Of a DNA stretch of 64,000 nt, positions 38,386 through 50,032 are shown piece by piece. The stretch's first letter is position 1; each line of letters begins with the position of its first letter. Both the position numbers and the translations under genes were made by a program. The notes under the pieces are model-generated. The model was not told where the DNA came from and made no database searches. It worked only from the letters and a program-made list of their open reading frames with translations. This DNA comes from Macrostomum lignano (Eukaryota): assembly GCA_002269645.1 (NCBI GenBank), contig NIVC01000446.1, forward strand, positions 62,001-126,000, read 5' to 3'.

Positions 38386-38976
38386 GGTATAAAAATATAT
38401 TTTTTAAATTATAAGCATTTTTTCGTTTGTTTGCGAATCACACGCTACTTTTCTCAGCACATAGTTTATTTTCGCTACTGAAAGTGTTAGTAGCACTATT
38501 TGCTAATTACATTCGATTTTTTATTCAGTAACCGAAAAAATGCAAAAAAGAATTGTAGTGTTCATAGTTTTTTATTGATTCGTAGTAGTTGCCAAATGAT
38601 AAAACAATTAATTTTTTTCTAATAGTTGCTGAATTCTACCAATATCTAATTACTAATTACTATGTTTCATGAATATTTTATTCACAAATTTGCCAAGTGT
38701 TGAGACAGTCTGACAGTTGAGTGTTGTCGTGTTGACCATCATCTCAGATTTTCTTTGTAGCAAAATAAGCTCACAAGACAAGGTGTTTTTACAAATACAA
38801 TCATGTTTTTATCAATTAAATTCTTGCCCATTCGCACTTAAAGCTGATATAATAAGAATATATATTAGTAGTAGAAAATAAATATATTTTTGCTTGGAAT
38901 GTTTGCTGACTGCTCACATTACTTGCCGTTGAATACTTTTCATTTATTATGGATTTTAGTGCTCTTAGCTGTCGGA

Positions 38977-39049
38977 GCCCGGATAGCTCAGTCGGTAGAG
39001 CATCAGACTTTTAATCTGAGGGTCCAGGGTTCGAGTCCCTGTTCGGGCG
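38977..39049 (+). tRNA. tRNA-Lys-TTT: tRNA-Lys(UUU)
   Basis: GCCCGGATAGCTCAGTCGGTAGAGCATCAGACTTTTAATCTGAGGGTCCAGGGTTCGAGTCCCTGTTCGGGCG, 73 nt, canonical cloverleaf; T6 terminator at 39054-39059. Confidence 0.98.
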
Positions 39050-39655
39050 GAAATTTTTTGACTGACAATTACTTGCCTATCTTGACTTGTTCATTTATTT
39101 AAAAAAATTGATCACACCATCTATTTCACCACTTTTTTTTTATTTTACAACCAAATTGAAGCACTTTTTTAGTGTGAATTAATACGTGTGTATTACATTT
39201 ATTCTACGTAACAAGGAATTCATTAACGATATGTTATTTAGCGTTAATCCTTCCTAAATAGCCAATTGACTATCTCTATCTGTCCTTTTTTTGCTAAATA
39301 AAACAAACAAGCAGAAACGAATCTAATTGCCAGCTTACAAAAATACTTGCAGCAGCAATTGCTAGCAATTTTTTTTATTCCTTCTATTTTTAGTTTATAT
39401 AGAACTATAATCAATGTCATAATATAGTTCAGCTTTTTCTATTAATTTTAAAGGGCAAGAATACAGATCAGGGTGATTATCTCTGATCTTTGTACTAAAC
39501 ATTTTCATGGAAGGCCACTCTATATTTTATTTGTAGAAGCAACAACTTATGGCTATGCGGTTTTGAATGTTTTTCAGACAAGCGAATTTTGCCTATATGT
39601 ATCGAAAACTATATAATCCTGAGGAAAATTTTCGTTTTTTGCATTTATATTTTAG

Positions 39656-40765
39656 TGTCGTGTCTATCATTCAGGCATGCATTGCTGTTTTTGTCGGCTT
39701 GGTTGTCATGATGAACTGCCGCCATGATATGATTTACGACAGGTATTAATTGTTTTTTATTCATTCATGTTTTAATTCTTTTTTTGAACATTTAGAAAAA
39801 TAAACATACGCAAGTTACTCTACTATCAGTAGAACAACCTGAACAAATCTTTTTTCAGTCATTGGCTGACAAATGCGTATGCTAGATTTGGTGTACCGTA
39901 TTTTTACTACGATCTGGTTGTGATGGCCATGGCTTTGTACCTGCGCACGGAGCCCCTTAAGGATAGGCGTATTTCGTCGAATTGGCACAACTTGATACCG
40001 GCTCTCAAGCTTTTCTGGGTTAAACGCAAGCTGATGTTTCTTCATCATTTTGCCCTGCCTTTGATGTTCTATCCGTCGTTGCTGGTAAGAAATTTTTTGT
40101 TGGTAATATCTTTATTATCATATATGATTGCAAATATATGATCTATTCAATTCATTTACAGTACTTCCGGAATGGTCTGGGCGATTTTGTTGTGGGAGCA
40201 TTCTATGTATTTGAATTGCCTGTACCGTACATTCAGACCAGGCATATTCTGGCCAAGGTAAGTCATCAGACTCCCTCCAATTGTAAGCTCATTAACCCCC
40301 AATAGTTTTTGAAAGAAAAAAGCAGTGTTTTTTGTGTTCTATAGCCAAAAACTCTGCACCAACACTCCATTTTCATTTACATACAAATTTACACCTCTGA
40401 TCCATCGAGACTTTAAATTAAAATGGCTCCTTATCTAATAACTGACATTGCAGTTGGATTGCAAGGCGTCTCCAGTTTACATTAGCAACGGCCTAGTGAT
40501 GCTCGGCGCAATGCTAATTGGTCGCATTTTGATGTTTCCATATTTGTACTATTGCTACGCCCAATACAGAGGTATTCCATTCAGCCAGGTGCTCGGCAAG
40601 ATTCCTATTAAATGCACTATTAGTTGCATTATACTTGGCTCGCTGCAGGTCTATTGGTTTTGCATTATGCTACGCGGCACTGTGTCCTATTTTCGAAAGG
40701 TTATCCGACAGTGGCTGGGCGCAGACAAAGGGCAAAACGCTGTTGACAATTCTTTTGGCAGTTGA
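39656..40765 (+). CDS. TLCD3: TLCD3/FAM57-like copy 2; exons 39656-39742, 39859-40084, 40162-40257, 40454-40765; first exon not resolved
   Basis: GT-AG junctions with the same phases as copy 1; motifs HWL, PYFYYD, FLHH, GLGDF, ELPVPY, NGL..GRILMFP, YWF. Confidence 0.82.
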
Positions 40766-41238
40766 ATTGAATTCTTCCTGGGATCGTGTCTCATTTTTTA
40801 TCCAAATTCCAATTCGCGCTAGAAAGAGCCAATTTCAGGTTAGTGAAGCAAATGATTTTAAAATAGCGCGGTAAAATTAGAACAGAGGATCTGCTTGAAA
40901 TGCACTCACCCCACCTACTTTTTCAGTGGCATAAATAGCAAAAGACTTTAAAGAATATTAAAAGTTTTTAAATGCAGCAACAATTACATCTGCTTTCTAC
41001 AATCAGACCCATTGAATCAGCATCTTCATCTTCCCCCTGTTTTACGGAGTCCAGACTGTCTCATACTGAAAATTATTTCAAAAGAATTAAATTAAAGACT
41101 ATTAGATCTATGCAGTTGCATGTGCATAGCGAGCAGGAAAAGAAAAGAGTGGCTTTCCCCTTAGTCTTACCCTCTTGTTTCTCCCGTTGACAAGATAGGA
41201 GAATGGAAATAATGCTGTTTATACAAAGTTAAGTTGCA

Positions 41239-41570
41239 GAGTTTCGTCCGTCTGACTCTGACCTCTCTCCTTACTGCTCTCTCATTGGCTGAGCTAGATT
41301 GGGCCTGCCCCCTTAGGCTGAGTTTCGTCCGTCTGACTTTGGTCTCTCTCCTTACTGCTCTCTCATTGGCTGGGCTAAATTGGGCCTACCCCCTAGGCTG
41401 AGTTTCGTCCGTCTGACTCTGACCTCTCTCCTTACTGCTCTCTCATTGGCTGGGCTAAATTGGGCCTACCCCCTAGGCTGAGTTTCGTCCGTCTGACTTT
41501 GGTCACTCTCCTTACTGCTCTCTCATTGGCTGGGCTAAATTGGGACTGCCCTAGGCTAAGTTTCGCCCGT
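41239..41570 (+). repeat. 80-81-bp tandem repeat, ~4 copies, each with two ATTGG (CCAAT) motifs
   Basis: Units start at 41239, 41320, 41400, 41480 and ~41558 (partial). Confidence 0.92.
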
Positions 41571-42296
41571 CTTGCGTCACTTCTGTACATCGAGTTAAAT
41601 GCTTGTTGTTCGTTCTTTTGAACTCTGAACTCTAAATTAGCACTGCAACCCCAAAAATTGTAACAAGCATACAACCTATCCTAATTGTTTACCCTAATTT
41701 AAATTCTTTAAACCATTTTTTTATTGGTACATGATTTTTTAAAATTAAATTTGCACCGCAACCATTCTGATTTCCTTTAAGGCCAATGGCGGTGATGTTT
41801 GTTTAACAATTTTCTTAAATAAGTGCTATCGAAAACAACCTACGTCCTGTCCATTGCATAGCTATCTCTACTAATGACTGTGAGTAGAGTATTTACACCT
41901 ACCTGCTGACATTATATACTTTGTACTAATAGGGTCTACCATTTTGACAGAATTACGAGCTTGCCTGTTTTATTAATTGATTGCTAAATAGAGTTTTTGT
42001 CCATTTTCGACTGTAATGCACCTATTACTAATTACTATTATGTATTGAACTGCATTCGAGACCAAGTTTTGCGATAATTTGACTGACTTTTTCCATTAAA
42101 ACGTCGTCTTCAATCGAAATTTTTATGTAATTTTTTGTTACTTATTCTCTGACTTTTGATTTTTGCACGCTTGAGCTTTTTGAGTGTGTTTCGTTTCGAT
42201 CTCCTAATAGAGTACTGTTTATGTCGCTAGACGTTTATTATCTACTAGATTAAATAGTGCTTGGAAGTTTGCACGAGTTTTATGTTTGATATCTTG

Positions 42297-42436
42297 ACTG
42301 GCGCCCCTGTCTCTTGGTTGGCGCCCCTGTCTCTTGGTTGGCGCCCCTGTCTCTTGGTGGGTGCCCCTGTACCTTGATTGGCGCCCCTGTCTCTTGGTGG
42401 GCACCCCTGTCTCTTGGTGTTCGCCCCTATTCCTGT
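42297..42436 (+). repeat. 20-bp repeat GGCGCCCCTGTCTCTTGGT(T/G), ~6 copies
   Basis: Direct repetition; shares the GGCGCCCC and TTGGT motifs with the 16-bp satellite. Confidence 0.85.
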
Positions 42437-43454
42437 CTCTTAGGGCGAATCACAAATTTCGTGAGGGCGATGGGGGGGTTGACCCAATGCTATGTACCAA
42501 TGGGTTCTGGGCATTTTTGGTGCTAATAAATTTCTATCGCATCAAAATGCCTCTAACAATCAAGATTAAGCTCGCATTATTACATGATGTAGTCTTGTTG
42601 CAGGAAACGCTCTATTTGTAGATTAGTCTTTAATTATTACAGGTCGCCGAAAGCTCAATCTGACTAAATAGTGCTATTGTTAGCTAGTTTTTTTGTTTGT
42701 TTTGGCGGAAATATGCATAATACAAGCAATTCATTTTAAACAAATTGTTAAAACATTCATCAATTTTCCATATTTATTGTAACAATTACTGCGATATATG
42801 AGTTTTTAAATACACGTCTCGGATAGCCATTTTTGCACTGTAGTTTAAATATTAAAATACCATTCTTTGTTGTTTAAATTAGCTAATTCTCTTAGCTAAT
42901 GCTCTTAGCTATTGCTCTTATCAAGATAGACAAGATACAAAATTAATTGCACAAGCAATTTTGATTGCTTTTATTGTGATGTAGCTACACGAATAACTTT
43001 GCTTGTGTCCAGGTTTATGTAAACTGCATAAAATTGCACAGAATTTATCCTTTTAAGAAAAATATTATTGCAGAACATTAAAACAAATAGTAATCCTCTT
43101 CTCTCAAACAAGTTTATTAAATAATTGCCTACGTTATACCCGAGAACGTGTCAATAAAGGTCATTTTTTAATGCTACAGACTTGCTTCTGCTTATTAAAT
43201 GCACAACCAATGCTAATATAAGTTAACCTTAAATTCTTTGAATGATAAAGACATGACTTCAACTACGAGATATTTTTTTAAATAATAACTTAATGACAAA
43301 GGTATTTTACTTTCAGTACACAGATAGGCGTTTGAAATGCAAATGCAACCTGCTTGTACAATTTGTTGTAGTTCTATTGGCGCTTTAGTGTACGGTGCTT
43401 TTCGGCGATGGTTTTGGCGCTCTCACTTTTGGCGTTGGCGCCCTCAATCATTTC

Positions 43455-43612
43455 GGCTTTAGCACCAGGGGCTTTAGCACCAGAGGCGCCAGCACCAGAG
43501 ACGCCAGCACCAGAGACGCCAGCACCAGAGGCGCCAGCACCAGAGGCGCCAGCACCAGAGGCGCCAGCACCAGAGGCGCCAGCACCAGGGGCTCCAGCAC
43601 CAGGGGCGCCAA
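43455..43612 (-). repeat. Third locus of the GGTGCT(GGCG/AAAG)CC satellite as a 15-bp variant, inverted orientation
   Basis: AGCACCAG(A/G)GGCGCC and GGGGCTTTAGCACCA units; followed by GCAGCCGGCCCTG (43634-43646). Confidence 0.88.
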
Positions 43613-44391
43613 ACGCATTGCAGCGCCCCGAAGGCAGCCGGCCCTGGCTGCGCGCACTTTAGCAGCAATAAAAGGAAGCGCTGCCCTAGTCGACCGAAAT
43701 TACAAGAAATTGTCGAAAATTGCAATCTACTTGCCGAAATTGTACAATAATTGCCAATTGCGTGCACGTCAATTGCAATTTTGGATAAGCTGATTACAAT
43801 CGAAATTGCAATTTTAGCAATTTTGCACACGCGGATTGTAAGTTTTGCAATTTAGACCAATTGAATTGTAATTTATGCAATTTCTGGCGCAATCCGATTG
43901 CAATTACTTTCGGTGGATAGACACACAGTTTACTCTGAGTAGCATGTATGGCTTTTGCCGATGTTCTGAATTTTTAGATTAGAAAAGTAATGTAAGGAAG
44001 ACGATAAACACATGAGAGGATGTTTTTCTGACCAGACTCGATTACTATTGGGCAGTTTATAATGTACAATTAGTACAATATGCACGATTGCATTCCATTA
44101 TTATATTTATATAACACTCAAATTAAAGCTGCACAGAAAGTGAAACGTTAAGTCATTAAAATTGAAATTTGAGTACACACAAAATGTTTTCTCGTATTTT
44201 TACCTTTTTCTAACTATACAACAGTCAACAAAAAATCAAACAAGATACACAACTAGCAAGCAATAAGCGAATTATTGTATGGCGATTGGTTCAAGTGATC
44301 TATATTTTGAAAACGATCCGCGACAGATACAATTCTTAGTAGTGCTTACTCAGTTTTAACAGTTCCTACTCAGCTTTAAGTCATCCCAAAT

Positions 44392-46701
44392 TTAGCCATA
44401 TTCATGGCGGCAAGAATCCGGTATAACGAGACACAAGTCCTTATCGGGAAAAATATTATTGACTGAAACACACTGATGCAGAAAATTACATCCCACTGGA
44501 ATAGTGCAGGTGTTAGAAGACGGGCGGCAGATAAACAAGAAAGTCTTTGCTAAACATAATATATTAGCAGCAATAGGTACATTGGACAGATTCAAAAAGT
44601 CTTGTAAATTGCAGACGTCTAAAAAAATTACATCAGCTAAAATATCGGTGCCATTCAGAAAACGAACTACTTTGCAGAAACTACCGTCTTTCAACTGCAC
44701 AATACATGACTGAGTAGGGGGCAGTTTCGGATAAGAAGTAGCATAAAAGAGACGATTGTTTTGCGCTATTGCGTAAGCGGATAGAAATCGCCAGCAGGCG
44801 GAAGGACTGCTCGATAAAATTCTAAACTTAGAAGTGAGCAGCTCGAAAATGCGGCTGTTAGATTGAGCAGCAGCTCCCTCCTTAAGACAGAAAGTGCAAC
44901 ATTTTTGCAGAATGAGCTTTTCGCATATTTGCTTGACATGGAATCGAGTCCCTTGAATATAATTCTTTACCGTTGAAAATTGACTCTCAAATGAGAACAT
45001 AGAGTATCCTGTTAGAGGACCAAAATTGAGAAGCTGTTCGGGCAAATGACACAGGAGATGAAAATTAATTGTGTATACATTGGCATCAAATGCAGTTCCT
45101 AAAGTTGACATAAAGTGTTGAATTACTTTATCGAGAAGCGCCAAGTAGTGCTCACAGTCTACAGAATTTGCTACATGACAAACAAGAGAAAAAGAAAGCA
45201 AAGCAATGGCGCATGCCTGATTTTTCCTACTGAAGCAATGGAAAGCAAATATAGGCAATAGATACATTGCAGCGAACATGTAATCCTTGGCTTTCCACGA
45301 AGAGCGAAGCTCTAGACAAAATGGTACTGTTACTGACTTAGGCACGCTGACTCTTTTAAGAGTATCATTAAAGAAGGGCAGACTTCGCCCAAGGTAGCAA
45401 CTCAGTTGTCGGTAGGAACCATCAAACATATATTTCATTAGAGTGCCACAACAATTTTCATAAAGAAAGTGCAACGAATCAAGCAAAATATTCTCCGGAA
45501 TGCGCACGTACTTCCTAAGAACAGAATCACCCTTAATACCAAAAAGGCTTTTCTCACCAGAGAGACAGACTAGTTGAACTCGTGATAAATAAACAGCATT
45601 CGAAACTGGAGTAGATAAATGAGGCTCAGAATACTTGCGTGCGGATCCATGGCCGACTTTAACAGTACTACCGGGATTTTCACAGTAAAGGCAACCAAAC
45701 TCGCCATTAAATTGCTTATGGTTTAGTATGCTAGCCAAGGCAGGAAGATCAAAAGTAGCCGAAAAGAGTTTAACACGAAAACGCATAGGCCTGTTTCGAA
45801 TAGTAAAACAGAATGTTTTTTCAAAAACTGAAGCCAGATGGTCTTCTAGAAACGTTTTCCAGTTAGGCTTCTTTGCACCAAGAAAGAGAGAAAAAATTAA
45901 GAAGTTTTCTGGCTGAAAACGCAAAAATGGTGGAAGATTTAAAATTTGAGCTTGAACAGGCCACAAAGAAGAGGGAGAATTAGAGTACAAGCTACAGCCA
46001 TCAGTGGAGAGATGCAAAAAGATTGTAATAACTTGGGCAGTATCATAAATTATCGGACAATTTTTAAGTACGTCTGTCTTAATAGCTTGGCTTTGGCTAA
46101 AATCAACCATGTACTGAAATAGAGACTCGATGATAATTTGAAGCTGGAAGCCTACATCAAAGTGTGCAGTATAATTTAAAGGAGCAGCGCAACACCTTTG
46201 ACTAGCATGAGAAGAACGACGCTGACATGTAGAAATGGAACATGTTTCAAGTAGGGAGAAATGGCTGCAAGCCATCACAAGACGATCCATGACTCTTTTC
46301 ACCATTCTCATGGACAGCGAACAAACAACAAAGTTGGCAGCGAAGAAAGATTTTAATATTATGTCCATAGTAGCGAGAGGAATGTCCCTATTAACTATCA
46401 GGAACACGATAAACACGCACAAAAACTCTTTGCGTGCTAAGTCTTTCAAACAGTCGATAGAGAGAATAGCGTCGGACTCTAGGCTTCCCTCTTCACCAGG
46501 AAAAGGCCCAGCTTCATCTAGTTCATCGCATTGCGAGTCCAGAACCAGGACGCTCGGATCTGGCTGCTCATTGTGGCGAGCCTCTCCAGATTTAGACGCC
46601 GTACTAGAGCAGGCGGCCTCAGCAGGTTCCTCATCAAAGTGCTCCAGCTCGAAATCATCATGAAGGCACATGGATGCAACCGCTTCAAAGAACTCAGCCA
46701 T
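44392..46701 (-). CDS. EnSpm/CACTA-type DDE transposase, 769 aa, uninterrupted
   Basis: LSTDG, SLWPV..ILNLPP, FDLPA, NGEFGCLYC, D.LH, WKA, NFHLLCHL....GPL..YSMFSFES are characteristic of the animal EnSpm transposase family. Confidence 0.92.
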   Translation of the reverse strand: MAEFFEAVASMCLHDDFELEHFDEEPAEAACSSTASKSGEARHNEQPDPSVLVLDSQCDELDEAGPFPGEEGSLESDAILSIDCLKDLARKEFLCVFIVFLIVNRDIPLATMDIILKSFFAANFVVCSLSMRMVKRVMDRLVMACSHFSLLETCSISTCQRRSSHASQRCCAAPLNYTAHFDVGFQLQIIIESLFQYMVDFSQSQAIKTDVLKNCPIIYDTAQVITIFLHLSTDGCSLYSNSPSSLWPVQAQILNLPPFLRFQPENFLIFSLFLGAKKPNWKTFLEDHLASVFEKTFCFTIRNRPMRFRVKLFSATFDLPALASILNHKQFNGEFGCLYCENPGSTVKVGHGSARKYSEPHLSTPVSNAVYLSRVQLVCLSGEKSLFGIKGDSVLRKYVRIPENILLDSLHFLYENCCGTLMKYMFDGSYRQLSCYLGRSLPFFNDTLKRVSVPKSVTVPFCLELRSSWKAKDYMFAAMYLLPIFAFHCFSRKNQACAIALLSFSLVCHVANSVDCEHYLALLDKVIQHFMSTLGTAFDANVYTINFHLLCHLPEQLLNFGPLTGYSMFSFESQFSTVKNYIQGTRFHVKQICEKLILQKCCTFCLKEGAAAQSNSRIFELLTSKFRILSSSPSACWRFLSAYAIAQNNRLFYATSYPKLPPTQSCIVQLKDGSFCKVVRFLNGTDILADVIFLDVCNLQDFLNLSNVPIAANILCLAKTFLFICRPSSNTCTIPVGCNFLHQCVSVNNIFPDKDLCLVIPDSCRHEYG

Positions 46702-47633
46702 TGAGGGTTGAAGTGCTGCAAATGGTGTTTAAAACAGATTTCACTATTAACAGGTAGAACAGATTTTTTCAGAGAGAATAAAAATTAGAGCACCATAAAA
46801 ATGCACGATAGAGTATTAAATTATTTTGTTATTCTAGCATCACAAAACCTATAGGTCTTAAAATATTTTAAACGGACAAAGAGAAACAAATGAATCAATG
46901 TGATTGAGCATACAATGAAAAATGTGCACATGATGAATGCCTCCAACGTTTATTGATTATTGAGCTAATGTCATAAAAGTAATAAATAATGTCATTAACC
47001 AAACAAGAAAAAATAATTTGAATAGCCAAACAAAAATAAATGATGTTATTAACCAAACAAGAATAAATAATGTTATTAACCAAACAAGAATAAATAATGT
47101 CACTAACAAAACAAGGACAAAAATGCTATTAAATGGTTATCTAAGGACACATTTGGCTAGTAATAGTCTATAGGAAATCGTGGACCTATTCAGCTTGCCC
47201 TAGCATCACTCTTGAACTGTGATGACTTGTGGCTTATTATAGTTTTAATAATTTTTTTCATCATCACTCACTGCTATTGATAAACAATACCAAGTAAAAG
47301 TCTGTTCTTTTGAAACATCAATACACTTTACTGTCAAAGCTATCACTAGGGCTTGGCATAACTAGCATTTGGGGGGGGGGGGTGCAGTCCAAAGGAAAAT
47401 CATCCTGGACAGTTGCAGATATGGTTCAAGGGCAGGGCTCCTTTGGTGAGAAATCTGCTTTTTCCCCTCTAAAAATATTTTGGTCCTCCTGCAGAAAGGA
47501 TTCAATCCCAGACTCCAACTCCTTTGTTGCACTAGCATAAACAAAAAAGAATGAAAACATTAGCAAAAATTATAATAGTAGTCAACTAGGCCCAAAAGTA
47601 AGTCATCAGTGGCACTACAGTTGTCACAAATAA

Positions 47634-48874
47634 TTACTTCTTGGTTTCTTTCTTCTTGTCATCACTTTCCTTCTTTCTGTTGGTCATGTCTCGGAACATT
47701 TGGTTTAGAGAGTTCCTTACGAACTTCCAAGAATAGCCAGTTCCAAACCAATGGTCAAGAACAGACCTGATAGCTTGAACTGAATCAACATCCATAGCAA
47801 TCCTTTCACTTCTGCCATGTGGCTCAATAATTGTTGTTTCACAAAGCTGTTCACCAAATTTGCGGAGTACAAACTCGCGAGCAAAAAGGTTAGGTGGCAA
47901 TGGTAATTGAGACAGGCGGAAGGGTCGGCCATCACAACCAGCAATAACTTGATCTTCTTTGCTCACAACCTCATCATTGAAACCAAACCCTTGTCTGAGC
48001 AATTCATTTCCTTCTTCCTGTAGCCGGATGATCTTTTTCAACAATCCAGTTTGTACTCGAGCCTCAAGCAAAAGCAAATCTGACACTTTAGGCTCAGGTG
48101 CTTGAAGTTTGGAACCCTGAGCAAGTGGGCTTGCTGCAGCAGTGGCTGGCTCTGTAAAAGTCACAAAAGAGCTACTTGGTCTCATACATTGAGCTAGGGC
48201 AACATCCTGTGGTTTTCTAGGTGGCGTAGATGAGTACAAAGGTGCACAGGCACCACTCTTAGCATTAGCAATAAGGTCACAACTTGCACTCTTAGCTTTC
48301 TTAAGTGGTGGCTCCACAATCACATTGCCATAAGACTTGAACAAATCTGCTTCCTTCTGCCTTTCCAAAGACATAGTCTGGCTAGTAATTGTCAAAAGAG
48401 GCTTAGAAGTTGTAGACCTGTCATCAGGTGGCACATAGTTCTCATCATTTTCTTCATCATCACCTTCATTGCTATCACTATCTCCCAAATAGGTAGCAGA
48501 GGTTCGTGTTCGTGCATCCAAATCAACAGACATTTCATTATCAAGTCTCTCAAAAATTGTCTCAGTACTATAACCTTCTTCAGCAAGGCGGTCAATAGTT
48601 CGTTCAGCAATTTTAATTTTTGCATAAGTGCCGAGCTTCACAATAATGGCATCATGGAATCCATTCTTTTCACGAATCTTGATTTGTTGACGCTCCTTAA
48701 ATTCCATTTTCTCAGCCTTGTCAAAATGGCTAAGAAAACTAGAATTTATATAAATAGGTCCACTATGGGAATTTGTCTTTGGGAACCAGAGAATGACATG
48801 GTCAAAACTTAGAGTTGCAAACTTGTCAAGCTTGTTGGATGATCTTGAGCGAGAATTAATGTGTCGAGAAGTTT
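47634..48874 (-). CDS. Transposon ORF2 (TnpA-like) with a C-terminal BEN/DUF4806-like domain; exon open from the acceptor at 48874, ATG at 48707
   Basis: The frame is open 167 nt upstream of the ATG to TTATAG|; the C-terminus FAREFVLRKF...MDVDSVQAIRSVLDHWF...WKFVRNSLNQMFRD fits the BEN pattern by eye. Confidence 0.65.
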
Positions 48875-49434
48875 CTATAACATGAAAGATGAATAAATAT
48901 TTAAGCTTTTTTACTATACCAATGAAATCAAATAAACAAAATGTAGATCAATACTACTATGATATTAGAGCTATATAGCTATCTATTTTTTGTCAATTAA
49001 TTAATTAATTTTCCCTAAATAGCTATACTGGACCTAATGATTATATAGTCTATACTCTATAGACTATTAATATGAACACAATATATTCAATAGAATTTTA
49101 ATCATGTCTATTTTCATTACCTTTGCATGTTTACAATTTTAATGACTTCAGCATTGTGTAAAAAAATAGCTAGAACATATCAAAATATAGATCCACAGGG
49201 TAGCTAGTTTTGACTGTTATAGCATTGTTGACATGTTGTATAGCCTAACTATAGTAGCTCTACTATAAACTAGGCCTATAGCTAATATAATAGCTATCTA
49301 AACATAGCCATACCCATAGCATAGGCATAGGTGATAGTTCAATTAAAAAAGGATACAAGTACCAATTAGTATTAGGCCCACCCTTACTGCTTATTATAGT
49401 TTAGTAGGCCTATTGCTTAGCTACTTCAAGTCTT

Positions 49435-50032
49435 GGTACCTGTCCATTTCGACGACACCCATTTTGGCAACAGGTCAATTTGGCGACCACCATTTCCTTG
49501 ACAAATATGATAGAAAAATTACAAGTATCTACAATACAATAAACTACCCCCAGCTGACATGACCCCCCCCAACAGGCATTTTGTTGAAACTATTGGGCAG
49601 AGTACAAAGCCGGCACCAGAACTCTTGAGGCGCTGCTTGCATGCAGTGGCATGAATGTCCCCGTGGAAGAGTAAACATCATACACGAATTGTAATTTTGA
49701 ATTGGAATTTGAATTTTCTTGTTTCTTAAGAACATTAATTTCTAATTGTAATTCATTTGTTTTAAGTTTTACATAAAAAATTGTTTAAACATAGTTTTAA
49801 CAAAGCTTATAAAGTTTAATGTAAATTTTTTTACACTATAATTTGTTTTAACAACACTTAATCAAACCAAAGGTTGTAAATTTATGTAAGTTCTGAAATC
49901 TTTTGTAGCTATAAGATAAGAATACATTCAAAATCCTATTTAAGAACTGTTGCCGAAATGGTTGTTGCCAAATGACCTGTCACTGAAATGGGTGTCACCG
50001 AAATGGTTTGTTGCTGAAATGGACCGGATTCC
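49435..50032. mobile_element. ~600-bp MITE nested in the CACTA element, GG termini, 7-8-bp TSD
   Basis: GGTACCTGTCCATTTC...GACACCCATTT...ACAGGTCA.TTTGGC (49435-49495) is mirrored at 49945-50032; flanked on both sides by (C)AAGTCTT (49427-49434; 50032/33-50039). Confidence 0.75.

Noticed and set aside
38890-39102. 70-aa ORF as exon 1 of TLCD3 copy 2
   Set aside because: Reads through the tRNA-Lys gene; TTG start; no suitable donor.
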